Shown piece after piece: positions 10,527-22,193 of a stretch of 64,000 nt of DNA. Position 1 is the stretch's first letter. Each line of letters starts with the position of its first letter. The notes under the pieces are model-generated. The model worked only from the letters and a program-made list of their open reading frames with translations, made no database searches and had not been told where the DNA came from. The stretch is from IMG/VR virus record IMGVR_UViG_3300000115_000005, one strand, 5' to 3'. This DNA is from a virus. Both the position numbers and the translations under genes were made by a program.

Positions 10527-12191
10527 TTAAAATTGTAATACAAGTCTAACATCTTCTGCCTGACTTTCTGTTCTTGTTGTTGGTGTTGAGTTCTCAACAA
10601 ATAATAATTCCATACTTTTTGGTTGAAACTCCGGATCTGTTCTTGAGGTTATTGTTCTAGATGCACCTGAAGAATCACCGATTAGAGCTTCATTTACTAC
10701 AAAGTCTCCAACCACTTTAGTAACTTCTATTGTATTCAAACTTACGGTTCTTAAAACCTGAGCTGAAGCTTTAAATACTGTATTGCTTGTTCCTTGATAA
10801 ACAAATTCATTATCTGTAAAACTTATTCCAGTACCAAGCGTTAATGTAGTGGCCTGTTTTGCAGCTCCATTTGCCGTGGCATTATTTGCTGAAGAACTTG
10901 TATTATTTGAACCGTATTTATAAGGTTTCCTAATAAGTCCTGTTTGTCTAAATGTAATTCCTGTGGGTATTGTATTACCTTCTGTTGCATCTAATTCGCC
11001 AATTTTTGCATGAACCATAATACTATTTGCACCTAAATCTTGACCTATGTTAAATCCGTGGCCAAAATAAGGCGATAATATTGTTCTTGTTGATTCGCCA
11101 CTACCCGTACCAAATACTCTTGCATTTGCTCTAGTGTATCCTGATCCAACTGTATCAATAATAATTTTATCTATTTTACCAGTTGTATTTACTGTTGCAT
11201 TTGCTAAAGCGCCTGTGCCATCACCATCAATAAAAATTCTAGTTTTACTTGTAAAGAGAGTTGAATTAGCTGCAAAGCTACTTGTTACAGTGGCTTTACT
11301 TATTCTAACATTATTATTACCATTATAAACATCTGTAATAATTGTATCGGCTGCGATACCATTACCAGTTATAGACATATTAGCGGAAAGTACATTAGAA
11401 GCAACTGCCAAAGCCCCACTTCCAGGATCCGTTAGATACCAAGTTTGTAAAGTAAGGGTGGTTTCACCAACTGCAAAAGGGGTGAAAGGTACATTTGAAA
11501 GATCACGATATAAAGAACCGCCATTATTCAAAACTATTGTTGTTAATTCACCTTCTTTTACGCCAATATTGTTTAAATTAAAATTACCATAAACAGTATT
11601 AGCTGACATATCATCAACATTTCTTGTAGCGACTGGCATAAAACTAGAGTCGATAAATTTATTATTATCTCTAATCGTATACATATATTTCCACATATAA
11701 CCATCAGCTGTTGATATTACACCATTACTTGTGTTAAAATCTCCTGATGGTTCTACTGTTGACGTTGTGTCTGATGTGCTAAGTCCATTACTATTATTTG
11801 ATAAACATTTATAAACACCACGATCTGATGTAATTACATACATTGGTTTTCTAGTTAGATCACCAACTGAATTATTTGATACTAAAGTTTCTGTTGGAAC
11901 AGTTGAATCAAATTGTTGATAAATTTTACCAGATTCCCAATCAACTCTAGGTATAACCAGACTTAGATCACCACCTTGCACTCTTTTCATACCAATCATT
12001 CTCGATAAAGCATCATCTGAATCGAATTTGGTGTTTTCAATAGTAGTAACGGCCTGATTGTTAGCGGTGCCGATAGCATCACCAACAAAAACGTATTGTA
12101 TTTCAACGTCATTTGTATTTGCTGTGAATGTATCAATATAGTTTTGAGCACTTTTAAGTGAGAGTGATCTAGTAGAAAGTTTTGTAGCCAT
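10527..12191 (-). CDS. baseplate wedge subunit gp8-like
   Basis: VIPRVDW, VYKCLSN, TADGYMWKYMY motifs; synteny. Confidence 0.85.
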   Translation of the reverse strand: MATKLSTRSLSLKSAQNYIDTFTANTNDVEIQYVFVGDAIGTANNQAVTTIENTKFDSDDALSRMIGMKRVQGGDLSLVIPRVDWESGKIYQQFDSTVPTETLVSNNSVGDLTRKPMYVITSDRGVYKCLSNNSNGLSTSDTTSTVEPSGDFNTSNGVISTADGYMWKYMYTIRDNNKFIDSSFMPVATRNVDDMSANTVYGNFNLNNIGVKEGELTTIVLNNGGSLYRDLSNVPFTPFAVGETTLTLQTWYLTDPGSGALAVASNVLSANMSITGNGIAADTIITDVYNGNNNVRISKATVTSSFAANSTLFTSKTRIFIDGDGTGALANATVNTTGKIDKIIIDTVGSGYTRANARVFGTGSGESTRTILSPYFGHGFNIGQDLGANSIMVHAKIGELDATEGNTIPTGITFRQTGLIRKPYKYGSNNTSSSANNATANGAAKQATTLTLGTGISFTDNEFVYQGTSNTVFKASAQVLRTVSLNTIEVTKVVGDFVVNEALIGDSSGASRTITSRTDPEFQPKSMELLFVENSTPTTRTESQAEDVRLVLQF

Positions 12192-12200
12192 AGATTGTAT

Positions 12201-15200
12201 TTATGTATAAATTATGATAGGTTGGTTGTTCAAGTGAGTATAATTGTTAGCTAAAGTTGAAAAAACTTGAGCGGAATTAACTTCTATTGTATTATTTGAA
12301 TTAACTTTTATAATAAGCGGGTTAAAGTTCTCTTCATTTGTACCTACAGCATTTACATCATCATTTGAAATACCTAATCTAGATTGACCCTCTACAATTA
12401 TACTGGCTGCCTTAGCAGATACAAAGTTTGCATTTGGTGTGGTACTCGATATTGTGATAATTGTTTGTGTAGATACATTAAATAAGTTGGATATATGCAA
12501 TGGATTTGCAATATTAATTAATCCTGGAATACTGTTTGATAGACTTCTAGATGATATGGTAACATTTGTTTCAACTTTTGGTTCAATTTTAAATTCTGCA
12601 AAATTCTTATAACCAGCTGGATGTATAAGACCTTTTACTATTGTTTTATATTTGTCAAATTCTAATGGTATATTCGTAATATATGCAAAATCGTTATAAA
12701 TGTTTGCACCTTGTATCCTTCTTTCATCAGCTGAAATTAAACCTTTAGATGAAGTAAATCTACCTGGAAGTTTTTTAATTGGGGCTAAAAGTTCAGCAAC
12801 AGCTAAAGCATTTCCATCACCTTTTGTTGTTAAATCAACACTTGGTGTTACTTGATAACCCGAACCGAAATCATCTAATTTAATTGATGTTATAATACCT
12901 TTTTGTTGAGTGTTAGCTTCTGTATGTATTTTAGTGCCACGACCCATTATGCCAACCACTTGCACATTAGCTGTAGTTAAAGTATCACCTCCACCTGGAC
13001 CAAATCGACCATTGGATGCTATTGATCTGAAAACACTTATAGTCGGTAATCTATCTTGACGATATCCTGTACCACCTTTCGGCCCAGCTTGATTAATCTT
13101 GAGTGGTGCACCTCTTAAATGAAAAGTGTTTGCCGTATTAGCTAAAAACGTATTTGAAGTATCACCGTATTGGCTTGTATTACCCCCAATTTGTTTTATT
13201 CTAAAATCAATATCTGCTGGAAAAGGAATATCAACTTTAATAAAACCTGAACCTCTTGTTTGTGTTGAACCAATGGCTGTATTAACTTCAACAACTTGTC
13301 TTTCATATCCTAAAAATGTTATTCTATCCCCAGCTTTTACTGGGTGTGGAGCTGAAGTGAAATCCATACCATTCAAGAATGAACTTCTTGTCATGTAAAG
13401 AGCATTATTACCATCTGGACTATTAGCTGTGTTTGCACCAAAAGTATAACAATTTGGTATTGCAAATTGACCATTAAATCCTACATTAGCACTTCCACCA
13501 GTTCTTACAGGTCCTTCATTCACATAATATGGATCTTCTAAACATATGTTACTAATAGAACCACCACCGGCCGTTTCACAAACCCTAGCAGTTGCACCGC
13601 CACCAAAAGGCACATCACTAAATTCTACCATATCTCTTGGATTATGAAAAGTGCCACCGTTTATTATATTTAAAGAACCTATACCTCTTAATGATGTTAC
13701 ATCAGCCGGAAGCATTTTTGCAGGACCTTCAGATACATTTGCTGAAGTAGATACAAGGGCTCCAATTTGATCTAAATTACTAACATTACTTTCTTGTGTG
13801 GTAGATGTAACTACAAGAACAGTTTTAGCTGGGCCTATTTCTGATATAGTTGTATATGAATTTACAACATGACAAATTGAAGTGTTTACATTTATACCAG
13901 CACTATCAGCTGCATCTGCACCTATTTGGCTGTTACCAAAAACTTGACTGTATCTTAATGATATTTGTGCGTTATTTAATCCTGTGCCACCAATAGCTGC
14001 ATTAGAAATACATAAGTCAGCAAATGATTGTGCGGTGTTTGAAGATGTATTGGTGTCTATTGACGTACCCATCATTGTAAATGTATTAGGTGTATTATTA
14101 CCTGTTTTATCAACTGTTTCAACTTTAAAGTTAATAAAACCAATTTCAGTATTACCACCTGTTAAAAAACTACCTAGTTCAAATCCTGAACCACCTTCGT
14201 GTCTATTGAAAATTTCGGGATCTCTTGCAAAATCGGTAAATATTTTTTCAACTTCAGCTCTAGCTTGTGTCTGAAAAGCACCAGCATTGATTGGTATAAT
14301 ATCTCCTACATTATAAGAAGTACCTCCATCATTCACTTTAATTGTTTCTATTGATGAAATGGTATTCAAAGATATATTTACTAAAGAACCATTTACTACA
14401 ATGTTTGTTCTTAATTCTTCACTCTGATCAAAATTTCCAGATATGTCTGAACTATCTAAAAATAATTCTACTTTATGTAAAGATTCAATAATTCTTGAAA
14501 CTGCTGTTGATACAATCGCTGAAGCATTAGATGTTTGGCCTATTATTTTTCTATCAACTAAAAGAGTTTCGTCAAATCCTCCAGCTTCTTGATTTGTATA
14601 TGTAACTTTAATATCTGCACCACTAACCGGTATAGTATGAAAAATTAATTTTTGATTTTCTCTCTCTACATGAATAAAATCACTATTGGCAGCCGCATTT
14701 AAAGAGTTTGAGCTTTTAACTACACCATTAATTCTAACTACTATTTCATCTCTTGAGACTGGTTGTGCTAAATGAAAAACATTATTACTACCATCACCTG
14801 TATAAAATGAACTTATTTCTTCTCTAACACTTAATATATTTTCTAATTTATAATCACTATCTGAAGCTCTAAGTGTTTTGTCTTTTCCAAATTTTAATTC
14901 AACCTCTTGAGCAAAAAACATACGAAATAAAAATTGAAATGATCTAGGGCTTCCTTTTGCAAGGTATAATGGTAATACATTTTTAATCAAAAATGCTTTA
15001 TCAACCGTAATATCTTTTGGTATAAGATTTGCATAATTATTTAAAAAATTAGTTTCAAAAGACTCTAATGATGTATCAATATCAGAAAGATACCTTAAAT
15101 CTTTTGATACTTTTGTTAAGTCATTATTTTGTGTGCCCTGTTCAGTTTCTAAAAACTCATAATAAGCTTCTAAGAAACTAATAAAAAGCGGATGATCTTC

Positions 15201-15272
15201 CCGAATAAACTCAGGAACTTGACGATTAATTAAAAGTGAAGTTTTTAAATCTTGTGGGTTTACTCTAGACAT
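12201..15272 (-). CDS. baseplate wedge initiator gp7-like
   Basis: QVPEFIREDHPLFISFLEAYY, KGS..SF.FLFR, LIHPAG motifs; between gp6 and gp8. Confidence 0.8.
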   Translation of the reverse strand: MSRVNPQDLKTSLLINRQVPEFIREDHPLFISFLEAYYEFLETEQGTQNNDLTKVSKDLRYLSDIDTSLESFETNFLNNYANLIPKDITVDKAFLIKNVLPLYLAKGSPRSFQFLFRMFFAQEVELKFGKDKTLRASDSDYKLENILSVREEISSFYTGDGSNNVFHLAQPVSRDEIVVRINGVVKSSNSLNAAANSDFIHVERENQKLIFHTIPVSGADIKVTYTNQEAGGFDETLLVDRKIIGQTSNASAIVSTAVSRIIESLHKVELFLDSSDISGNFDQSEELRTNIVVNGSLVNISLNTISSIETIKVNDGGTSYNVGDIIPINAGAFQTQARAEVEKIFTDFARDPEIFNRHEGGSGFELGSFLTGGNTEIGFINFKVETVDKTGNNTPNTFTMMGTSIDTNTSSNTAQSFADLCISNAAIGGTGLNNAQISLRYSQVFGNSQIGADAADSAGINVNTSICHVVNSYTTISEIGPAKTVLVVTSTTQESNVSNLDQIGALVSTSANVSEGPAKMLPADVTSLRGIGSLNIINGGTFHNPRDMVEFSDVPFGGGATARVCETAGGGSISNICLEDPYYVNEGPVRTGGSANVGFNGQFAIPNCYTFGANTANSPDGNNALYMTRSSFLNGMDFTSAPHPVKAGDRITFLGYERQVVEVNTAIGSTQTRGSGFIKVDIPFPADIDFRIKQIGGNTSQYGDTSNTFLANTANTFHLRGAPLKINQAGPKGGTGYRQDRLPTISVFRSIASNGRFGPGGGDTLTTANVQVVGIMGRGTKIHTEANTQQKGIITSIKLDDFGSGYQVTPSVDLTTKGDGNALAVAELLAPIKKLPGRFTSSKGLISADERRIQGANIYNDFAYITNIPLEFDKYKTIVKGLIHPAGYKNFAEFKIEPKVETNVTISSRSLSNSIPGLINIANPLHISNLFNVSTQTIITISSTTPNANFVSAKAASIIVEGQSRLGISNDDVNAVGTNEENFNPLIIKVNSNNTIEVNSAQVFSTLANNYTHLNNQPIIIYT

Positions 15273-17332
15273 TATGTGCTAAGAACCTCTAAATTAACTG
15301 TTATTGAATCTGCATCTTCTGGATCAATTGTTACAATATTATTCCTAACTGACTCTACGACACCACTTTCAGATCCAATTGTAAATCTAATTAAACCATC
15401 CGGAGTCGATACGCTAGTTATATTAATATCATTAATTGTTATAATACCAGTATCATAATTGACTTCACCTGCGGCCGCATTTATAACTTGTCTATTATCA
15501 TCATTATCAAAGAATACTGACCTGATTGTTCCTGTTCTTGAATCTACCACAGCTGTAGCTTCACCACCTTGACCATTACCACCTGTTATTTCAACTGTAG
15601 CCTTTGTGTAATCTATACCTCTATTTGTAAGAGTAATTCTTATAATTGAACCATTCGATATTTCTGCAACAGCTGTAGCACCAGCACCATCACCTACAAT
15701 TGTTACAATTGGTGCCACCGTATATGAAAATCCTGGATTGTTCACTTCAATTCTCGAAACACCTGAAAATGATTGTGGTACTTCTTCAAACTGAACTGAT
15801 CTAGAATTACCAGCCGAATCAAAACTATTAAAAACACTTGTAATTAATTTATCTTCAGCTGTGCCTCTTTTTAATCTTTCGCCATAATCAATTACATAAG
15901 CCGTTGTGCCAAATATTGGTGTAACTCTTTTTTGTAATCGTATTGAAGTTTCCGATCCAGTAATTGCATTTTGATCAGTATCATCAATTGCCTTTGATAA
16001 TTTAGATAAAGAGAATGTACTATCAAATTTATCTAAATTTTGTAACTTGTATGTAACGATAGAGTTTTTAACTGCCAATTTAAAGCCATCATTAGTTAAA
16101 GATGTTTTTCTTGTGTCATATAATACAGTTGAATTAACTAAAACAAATGTAAAGTTTGGATCAATTAATTCAGCTTCTAATCCTATGAGTGCCTTAGGCT
16201 TAATTATCTTATCTTTAATTCTTTGTTTTTCAGCATTAGATATAAAAAAGTTATCTTTAGCTTTTAATGATAGAAATACTTTACCATAAACAACGGGTAC
16301 ATTATCTTCCCCTCCCCAAACTGATATAGATTCCACACTTGGTGCTTCTCGTAAGACTGTTGTTTCAAAATCTTTTTTAGTAATCAATCTATTTTGTGAA
16401 GTAAATTGATTTGGTGCTGAAAACTTTATTGAATCTACTGATTCTTTTTCAGAACCCCCTGATGCAGCCGATATTGGCGTAATAATAACTGTTGTACTAT
16501 CACCGTTTGTATCTGATAATGATGATTTAGCTACAAAATTATTTGCCTTATTGGCATCTATACCATTTGTCACCAAATATGTAACAGTTATAATTGAACC
16601 ATCTTGTAATTTTTTACCAACACTATTATTACCAAAAAATATTTCATAATTACTATCTCTATTTTCTTGTAAGAAAAATACTTCTGATGTACCATCAACA
16701 TCTAAAATATCTGTTGATTGACTATAAATTGACGAGAATGTATTTGATACATTTGGTTGAACACCAACTTTAATTGTTGATGTGTCCATAGTTTTATCAG
16801 GTAAAACAAATAATTGTTTAGGGTTTGAGCCTTCATCATAAGTAAATTGTGTTGATTGTAACTGACCTTGACTAATTGCAAGATTAGAAAATATGTATTG
16901 TGAATTATTTGATTTTGTTACAGATGTATCATTTAAAACAGTAAAATTATAAGATTTACCATCTATTTGATCTGATAAAAATGAAAATCCTTCAGATAAT
17001 GTTAAACTACCAGAAGTTGTTGTAGCAGAGTTTGCTGTAAGTGTAATTGTAGCTACGGGCGCTTTTCTAGAATGTGGTGTGTAACCTAAAGTTTTTGCGT
17101 GTGATACTGCTGAGTCACGAAGCAAAGCGGTATCTAAAAATGATTCATTTGCAACCATATTCAAATAGTATGCGTTGTAGTGTGTATTATAGGCCAATAA
17201 ATCTATGAGAACAGAAAGACCTGAACCATCAAAATCATAATCAGTAAATGTACTTTGTTGTTTTAGAAAAGATTTTAAATTATTCTTGATTGTATCAAAA
17301 TCAAGTTCTGTGACTCTTAGCCTATCAACCAT
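15272..17332 (-). CDS. baseplate wedge subunit gp6
   Basis: LDFDTIKNNL..DYDFDGSGLSVLIDLLAYNTHY..NESFLDTA; WGGED. Confidence 0.92.
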   Translation of the reverse strand: MVDRLRVTELDFDTIKNNLKSFLKQQSTFTDYDFDGSGLSVLIDLLAYNTHYNAYYLNMVANESFLDTALLRDSAVSHAKTLGYTPHSRKAPVATITLTANSATTTSGSLTLSEGFSFLSDQIDGKSYNFTVLNDTSVTKSNNSQYIFSNLAISQGQLQSTQFTYDEGSNPKQLFVLPDKTMDTSTIKVGVQPNVSNTFSSIYSQSTDILDVDGTSEVFFLQENRDSNYEIFFGNNSVGKKLQDGSIITVTYLVTNGIDANKANNFVAKSSLSDTNGDSTTVIITPISAASGGSEKESVDSIKFSAPNQFTSQNRLITKKDFETTVLREAPSVESISVWGGEDNVPVVYGKVFLSLKAKDNFFISNAEKQRIKDKIIKPKALIGLEAELIDPNFTFVLVNSTVLYDTRKTSLTNDGFKLAVKNSIVTYKLQNLDKFDSTFSLSKLSKAIDDTDQNAITGSETSIRLQKRVTPIFGTTAYVIDYGERLKRGTAEDKLITSVFNSFDSAGNSRSVQFEEVPQSFSGVSRIEVNNPGFSYTVAPIVTIVGDGAGATAVAEISNGSIIRITLTNRGIDYTKATVEITGGNGQGGEATAVVDSRTGTIRSVFFDNDDNRQVINAAAGEVNYDTGIITINDINITSVSTPDGLIRFTIGSESGVVESVRNNIVTIDPEDADSITVNLEVLST

Positions 17333-17333
17333 T

Positions 17334-17738
17334 TTATCTTACTCTCTCTAAAAAGAAATCTATTGAAATTGGGGCAGCACTATTAACCATATAGAATTCT
17401 AAAGTAATAGAATAACCATTCTCATCAGGCGCTGGTACAGCAGTAACATCTTTTATAGATGCTCTCGGTTCAAAATTACCTATAACTTCAGATATTTCTC
17501 TTTCCAATTGAGCTCCTACTAAGTTATCAACCTGTTCAAAAAGCATCCTTCTTATATTTGAACCGAGTTCAGGTTGAAAAGGTCTTTCGTAGTGATTTGT
17601 TAAAATTAAATTCTTAATAGAATTTACTATAGCTCTCTCATTTTTAAATTGAGTAATATCTTTTGTAGTCGGATGAACATTGAAGTTCAAATCCAAATCA
17701 TTAAATACTCTTTCTGTTTTTATTGTTATCTCTGCCAT
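17334..17738 (-). CDS. baseplate wedge subunit gp25
   Basis: SIKNLILT..ERPFQPELGS..FEPR motif. Confidence 0.92.
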   Translation of the reverse strand: MAEITIKTERVFNDLDLNFNVHPTTKDITQFKNERAIVNSIKNLILTNHYERPFQPELGSNIRRMLFEQVDNLVGAQLEREISEVIGNFEPRASIKDVTAVPAPDENGYSITLEFYMVNSAAPISIDFFLERVR

Positions 17739-17751
17739 CTTCTATTTATTA

Positions 17752-18696
17752 CTAACCTCCAATTTTAACCGTACCGGAACCAGAAGAAATTACACCATCT
17801 CCTACTGGATCAACGTCTGCAACGGTATCTCCTATCCTTGCAGCTCCTTCAGAACCGTTATTTAAATTAATTGTTTGTCCGTTTATCTTTACATCACCTG
17901 TTACATTTAAATTATAGTCACCATCTACTTGAATATTTACATCACCTTTAATCAATACAGACTCGTCCTTGACAACTATTGTAAACTTATCTCTTTGTAT
18001 TCTTTCGACTCTATCACCATTTGGAGTAAACTCCATGTAAGAACCTGCACGGTGATATAGATTAATTCTTTCATTATCTCTTGTATCATCAAACTCCATA
18101 ACATGGCCTGATTCAGACTCATAAACTTTATTATATGGGTATGTTGCATTGTATGAAGGAACTGGTTCAACTGATGATGTATCATTCGCCGTGATTCTAG
18201 CATTTTTAAAAGATACAGCTGATTCTGTATTAGCTGTTTGATTTCTTGCAAGCCTAGAAGTTGTTGGTTCATCTAAATTTCTAGGGTAATTATTTGCAAC
18301 TGGATTTACTGGTACAGAATCCACTCCAGTTGGTTTAATTGGTGCAATATCTAACTCTTCTTGCGTCCTGGGGTCATTGAATGCTTCCTGGGAGTTTGGC
18401 TCAGTTAAAGGTATGTCCGGAAAAATACCCATCATAACTGGATCTTGACCGCCCGTATCATCTAGAAAAAACCCAAAGACCATATCACCTTCTTTTGGTG
18501 GGTATGGATGTGGATTATTTATTGGTAACATAGGTTTTGCCCAAGGCAAGTCCTCTGTTGGTACTCGCATTTTATCATTAGGATGCCAACCAATACATCT
18601 TACTTTACAACGACCTAATTTAAGTGGATCTTGTCGATTTTCAACGATACCTACCCACCATACAAATCCATTTTTACCTAAAAAAGTATCTTCCAT
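17752..18696 (-). CDS. baseplate hub/spike gp5 (no lysozyme domain)
   Basis: WWVGIVENRQDPLKLGRCKVR OB-fold; YPYNKVYESESGHVMEFDDT; C-terminal AARIGD..SGS.TV. Confidence 0.9.
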   Translation of the reverse strand: MEDTFLGKNGFVWWVGIVENRQDPLKLGRCKVRCIGWHPNDKMRVPTEDLPWAKPMLPINNPHPYPPKEGDMVFGFFLDDTGGQDPVMMGIFPDIPLTEPNSQEAFNDPRTQEELDIAPIKPTGVDSVPVNPVANNYPRNLDEPTTSRLARNQTANTESAVSFKNARITANDTSSVEPVPSYNATYPYNKVYESESGHVMEFDDTRDNERINLYHRAGSYMEFTPNGDRVERIQRDKFTIVVKDESVLIKGDVNIQVDGDYNLNVTGDVKINGQTINLNNGSEGAARIGDTVADVDPVGDGVISSGSGTVKIGG

Positions 18697-20034
18697 TTAG
18701 TAAGCCTTTAATGATTCATTTTGTTCATTTGTATCCTGTTGAACAAAGTCTAAATCTGATGATGTTGATGAGCATTCAATTATACTATCATGTTTATCAG
18801 GAGTTATGATATGTCTTGATGCTGTAATTAAATATTTACCTGATAATAGTGGATTTTTATTTTCACTACCTTGTCCTTTTTCTCCAAAAGTGGGTGCATT
18901 TACATTTACATTGAAACCTGAACTTAAAGTAAAATTTCCAGGCATTACAAGTTTTATTTTTTTAGAGTTTAAATTTTCAAATATTGCTTTTCTTTGAAAG
19001 GCGTAATCTTCTGTTCTTGAATTATATGCAATTGATTCAGGATCATGTTCTCTTACATAGTTACTTAAAACTCTTGTTGTTGAAAAGGTATCTAAAACTA
19101 TTCTAGAATCATATGCAGCTGAATTCAAAAGACCATCTTGATTTTTAGAGGCTGTAAAATTAGGTGTCTTATTTGCGTGATCTAAGTTATCATAATGATC
19201 TGAAAATGATAGTGCTCTTCTTGATATATTTCTTGTAACCAAATCAAAACCAATAAAAGTCCCTGCATTAACACCGGACCTTGTTTTCTTTATGTTGTCA
19301 TATTCTGAAATAACTTCAAATGATCTTGCTGTTGATAATTCATCAAAAGCTGCTCCTTTTTCATTTTTATTTTTTGTTTCAAATTTTATATCTAAAACTA
19401 TTCCCTTATTTAAAAAAGAACTAAGTGAAGCAAAATTATACCCAATTAAGTTTTGAAAAAACACATAACTTGGTGAATTTTTATTATTTACAGATTTTCT
19501 CATCACCCATTCTATTGCCTCTATTGGTCTTAAATTTGGTATAATTGATTGTCTAACGCCTGATGATGGTTCGTAAATACCACCTAAATTATTTTGTGGT
19601 ATCAATAGATAATCCAACATAATTCTCTCAGCCATTTCGGTGTAAGTTTTTCTATATGATTGATTGACTCTTTGTTGGTCTGAAAATAGTAACTCTTGTG
19701 ATACAAAATTTAAAATATAAGTTTCAGAGCTTTCACCATCTGCACTTCTATCTGTTTGTTTATAAACTCTAAAAGCTTTTTTTAAATTACCTATTATGCC
19801 CTGTTCGTCTTTTTGTATGTCTATCAAAATAACTTCTGAACCATCAAACAATAATTTAGAGGACATTCCAACAGAATCCTTAATCAATATATTACCACTC
19901 ATAACAGGTAAAAACATTGAATCAAATATACTTAATTCTATAAAAAACTTAGATATATCTATTTTGCCATTTTTTGCTACGATAGCTAATTCATTAATTT
20001 TATATTCGGTAGAATTTGATACGGTAAGACTCAT
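18697..20034 (-). CDS. baseplate hub protein (gp27-like)
   Basis: Position between gp53 and gp5; LSGKYLIT..RHII C-terminal motif. Confidence 0.7.
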   Translation of the reverse strand: MSLTVSNSTEYKINELAIVAKNGKIDISKFFIELSIFDSMFLPVMSGNILIKDSVGMSSKLLFDGSEVILIDIQKDEQGIIGNLKKAFRVYKQTDRSADGESSETYILNFVSQELLFSDQQRVNQSYRKTYTEMAERIMLDYLLIPQNNLGGIYEPSSGVRQSIIPNLRPIEAIEWVMRKSVNNKNSPSYVFFQNLIGYNFASLSSFLNKGIVLDIKFETKNKNEKGAAFDELSTARSFEVISEYDNIKKTRSGVNAGTFIGFDLVTRNISRRALSFSDHYDNLDHANKTPNFTASKNQDGLLNSAAYDSRIVLDTFSTTRVLSNYVREHDPESIAYNSRTEDYAFQRKAIFENLNSKKIKLVMPGNFTLSSGFNVNVNAPTFGEKGQGSENKNPLLSGKYLITASRHIITPDKHDSIIECSSTSSDLDFVQQDTNEQNESLKAY

Positions 20035-20720
20035 CTTGTAAATACCCTCTTAAACTCTTTTTCCAGTTCATTAACAAATTCTGGTTTTAAAATTCTAATT
20101 GATCTTTTTTCTTCATTTGCATCAAATTCGTATTCATAGTGAGATTTTGTAAATTTTTCTGTTTTTTCTCTTACTTTTGAACCATCAACAAGGGTGAATA
20201 AAGATGTGCCTGTTGATACTGTATTTGCATATGTATTTTTGTCGACCTCTGTTTGAATCACTAATGTAGTATTACTAACTGACTCTGATATTGAAGATAC
20301 TGTATTTTGAAGATTTATTGTTCTTGACGTTTTTAAAAAATATGCTTTTATATTATTTTCACTTAAAGCCCATGTAACACCAGTTTGTGTTGGTGTATTA
20401 GCTGATCCATTAGCTGCATATTTTTTATTTACATAAGAAATAAAATTATCTTGTGAGAGAGGAAAGTCCCACTGTGGGTCTACTACTTGATTAAATGCCA
20501 AAACAATCCAATGTCTTTCAGGATTACCATACAATTTACCTGCAATAATTTCTGCTGTATCAGTATCTTGAATATCATATGTATATGATACACCTGTATT
20601 ATCTCTTAGATTGTTTGCAATCGTAAATCTAGAAACAATACTTGTAACAGTATCTACACCTTTTGAATTATTATCAGATGTATAAAAAGTTGTTGGAAAA
20701 AATCTAAAATAATTGGCCAT
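20031..20720 (-). CDS. baseplate wedge subunit gp53
   Basis: YFRFFP, IAGKLYGNPERHWIVL, YEYE..NEEKR.IRILKP. Confidence 0.9.
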   Translation of the reverse strand: MANYFRFFPTTFYTSDNNSKGVDTVTSIVSRFTIANNLRDNTGVSYTYDIQDTDTAEIIAGKLYGNPERHWIVLAFNQVVDPQWDFPLSQDNFISYVNKKYAANGSANTPTQTGVTWALSENNIKAYFLKTSRTINLQNTVSSISESVSNTTLVIQTEVDKNTYANTVSTGTSLFTLVDGSKVREKTEKFTKSHYEYEFDANEEKRSIRILKPEFVNELEKEFKRVFTR

Positions 20721-20733
20721 TTTTTTATCCTAG

Positions 20734-22167
20734 TTAAGTTCTGAATCCGCCAGTTGTATTTTTCAATGCCTTACTTACACCTGTGCTTGTAGTTTTAGAT
20801 GTTTCAGAACCTGAAAGACTATTACCAATCGTATCATCATAATCAGATTTTGTGAGATAAGTGGTCTCTTGAAATTGTAATACTAAATTTACAGCAAATG
20901 GCATACCAGTCCCACCTAATGATGGACTTGTTTCACCTGGAACTTCATAGAAACTTGCACCACTTGGTGCGTAATTTATATCTATCGTTGTAAGAATACA
21001 ACCTGGTGCAATACCTGGAATATTTGGATTTATTCTACCACCATAATAAAACTCAATATCAAATTCTGAAGGTGGTACTAAGAATCCTGGAACACCTGCT
21101 AATTTTTCAGGTGCTTGATGAAATGTAAATGCTTTTAATATTTTTTGTACTTCTAATGCTTCTTTCTCATCTCTTGGAAAAAAGTTGAAATCAAATTGAA
21201 AAGACCTAAAATTTGGTGAACGATAAATCATTTCTAACATTGGGTTTACTACGGCACCAGTAGCAGCTGTAAATGCTAACTCACCGGCTCCAGACCCACC
21301 GCCAAAAGTTTTAGCCACCTGAGCGCCAGCAAACATACCACCTTGTCTTGCGAGTGCAGCTTTATCAACACTTTCTATTGCAGCTAGACCTGCTGACATA
21401 TCACCCTCTTTTCCAGCAGCTAAACCGGCTTTTATTGCATCAGCATTTGCTTCACCAGCTGCTAAGAGCTGACCAGGTAAACCGCCACCAATATTCAGTT
21501 GATCGTAACTTTGTGTCTGATTAAACATTAGGGTATCTGGCATATACAAGCTTATTGCTTCAGATGTTCTCTTTGTTGTTTTGAGAAACTGTAAGCTACC
21601 GCCTTTTACTGCTGCCACGTTATTTTGTATAACGGACCTAGATTGTGCTGAATCACCTCCTTTTGGTAATGTTGTGGATCCAAAAACATTCTTGAGTCCA
21701 CCTTGTATATTACCAGACACTTTCCCCAATGAGCTTTGAATACCGCTTAATGCACCTCCCATTGCACCATCTAATTGACTTATGCCACTTTGAATTTTCC
21801 CTACTAAATCACCACCTATACTTGTATCTATATTACCTATACCTGGAATTTTACTTGTGGCTGAAGAAAAATTTGTTGTTATACCACCTGAAGTCAATGA
21901 TTTCGCTTTTGCTGAAAGACCATCTATTGCACCCACGGATGGTACTAAAGCTTCTGGACTTACAGGATTTTGACCACCTCCAGCTTCTGTTTTATCTTGT
22001 TTACGAACATAAAAAACCATGTAATGACCTTTATCGGCATTACCAATATCTATTGGATATCTTAGATTATTAGTTTCGTATTCACTCTTTGTAAGAGCTG
22101 AGAGAGGACCTTTGCGTGTTAGGTCACCCTTGTTAAATTTTATATCTCCGAAGCTAAAAAGTGACAT
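20734..22167 (-). CDS. baseplate tail tube cap gp48
   Basis: LRYP, ISLYMP, NPMLEMIY..PNFRSFQFDF.F.PR, L.FQE motifs. Confidence 0.85.
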   Translation of the reverse strand: MSLFSFGDIKFNKGDLTRKGPLSALTKSEYETNNLRYPIDIGNADKGHYMVFYVRKQDKTEAGGGQNPVSPEALVPSVGAIDGLSAKAKSLTSGGITTNFSSATSKIPGIGNIDTSIGGDLVGKIQSGISQLDGAMGGALSGIQSSLGKVSGNIQGGLKNVFGSTTLPKGGDSAQSRSVIQNNVAAVKGGSLQFLKTTKRTSEAISLYMPDTLMFNQTQSYDQLNIGGGLPGQLLAAGEANADAIKAGLAAGKEGDMSAGLAAIESVDKAALARQGGMFAGAQVAKTFGGGSGAGELAFTAATGAVVNPMLEMIYRSPNFRSFQFDFNFFPRDEKEALEVQKILKAFTFHQAPEKLAGVPGFLVPPSEFDIEFYYGGRINPNIPGIAPGCILTTIDINYAPSGASFYEVPGETSPSLGGTGMPFAVNLVLQFQETTYLTKSDYDDTIGNSLSGSETSKTTSTGVSKALKNTTGGFRT

Positions 22168-22193
22168 ATTGTTTCCTTTACATTGACTAGATA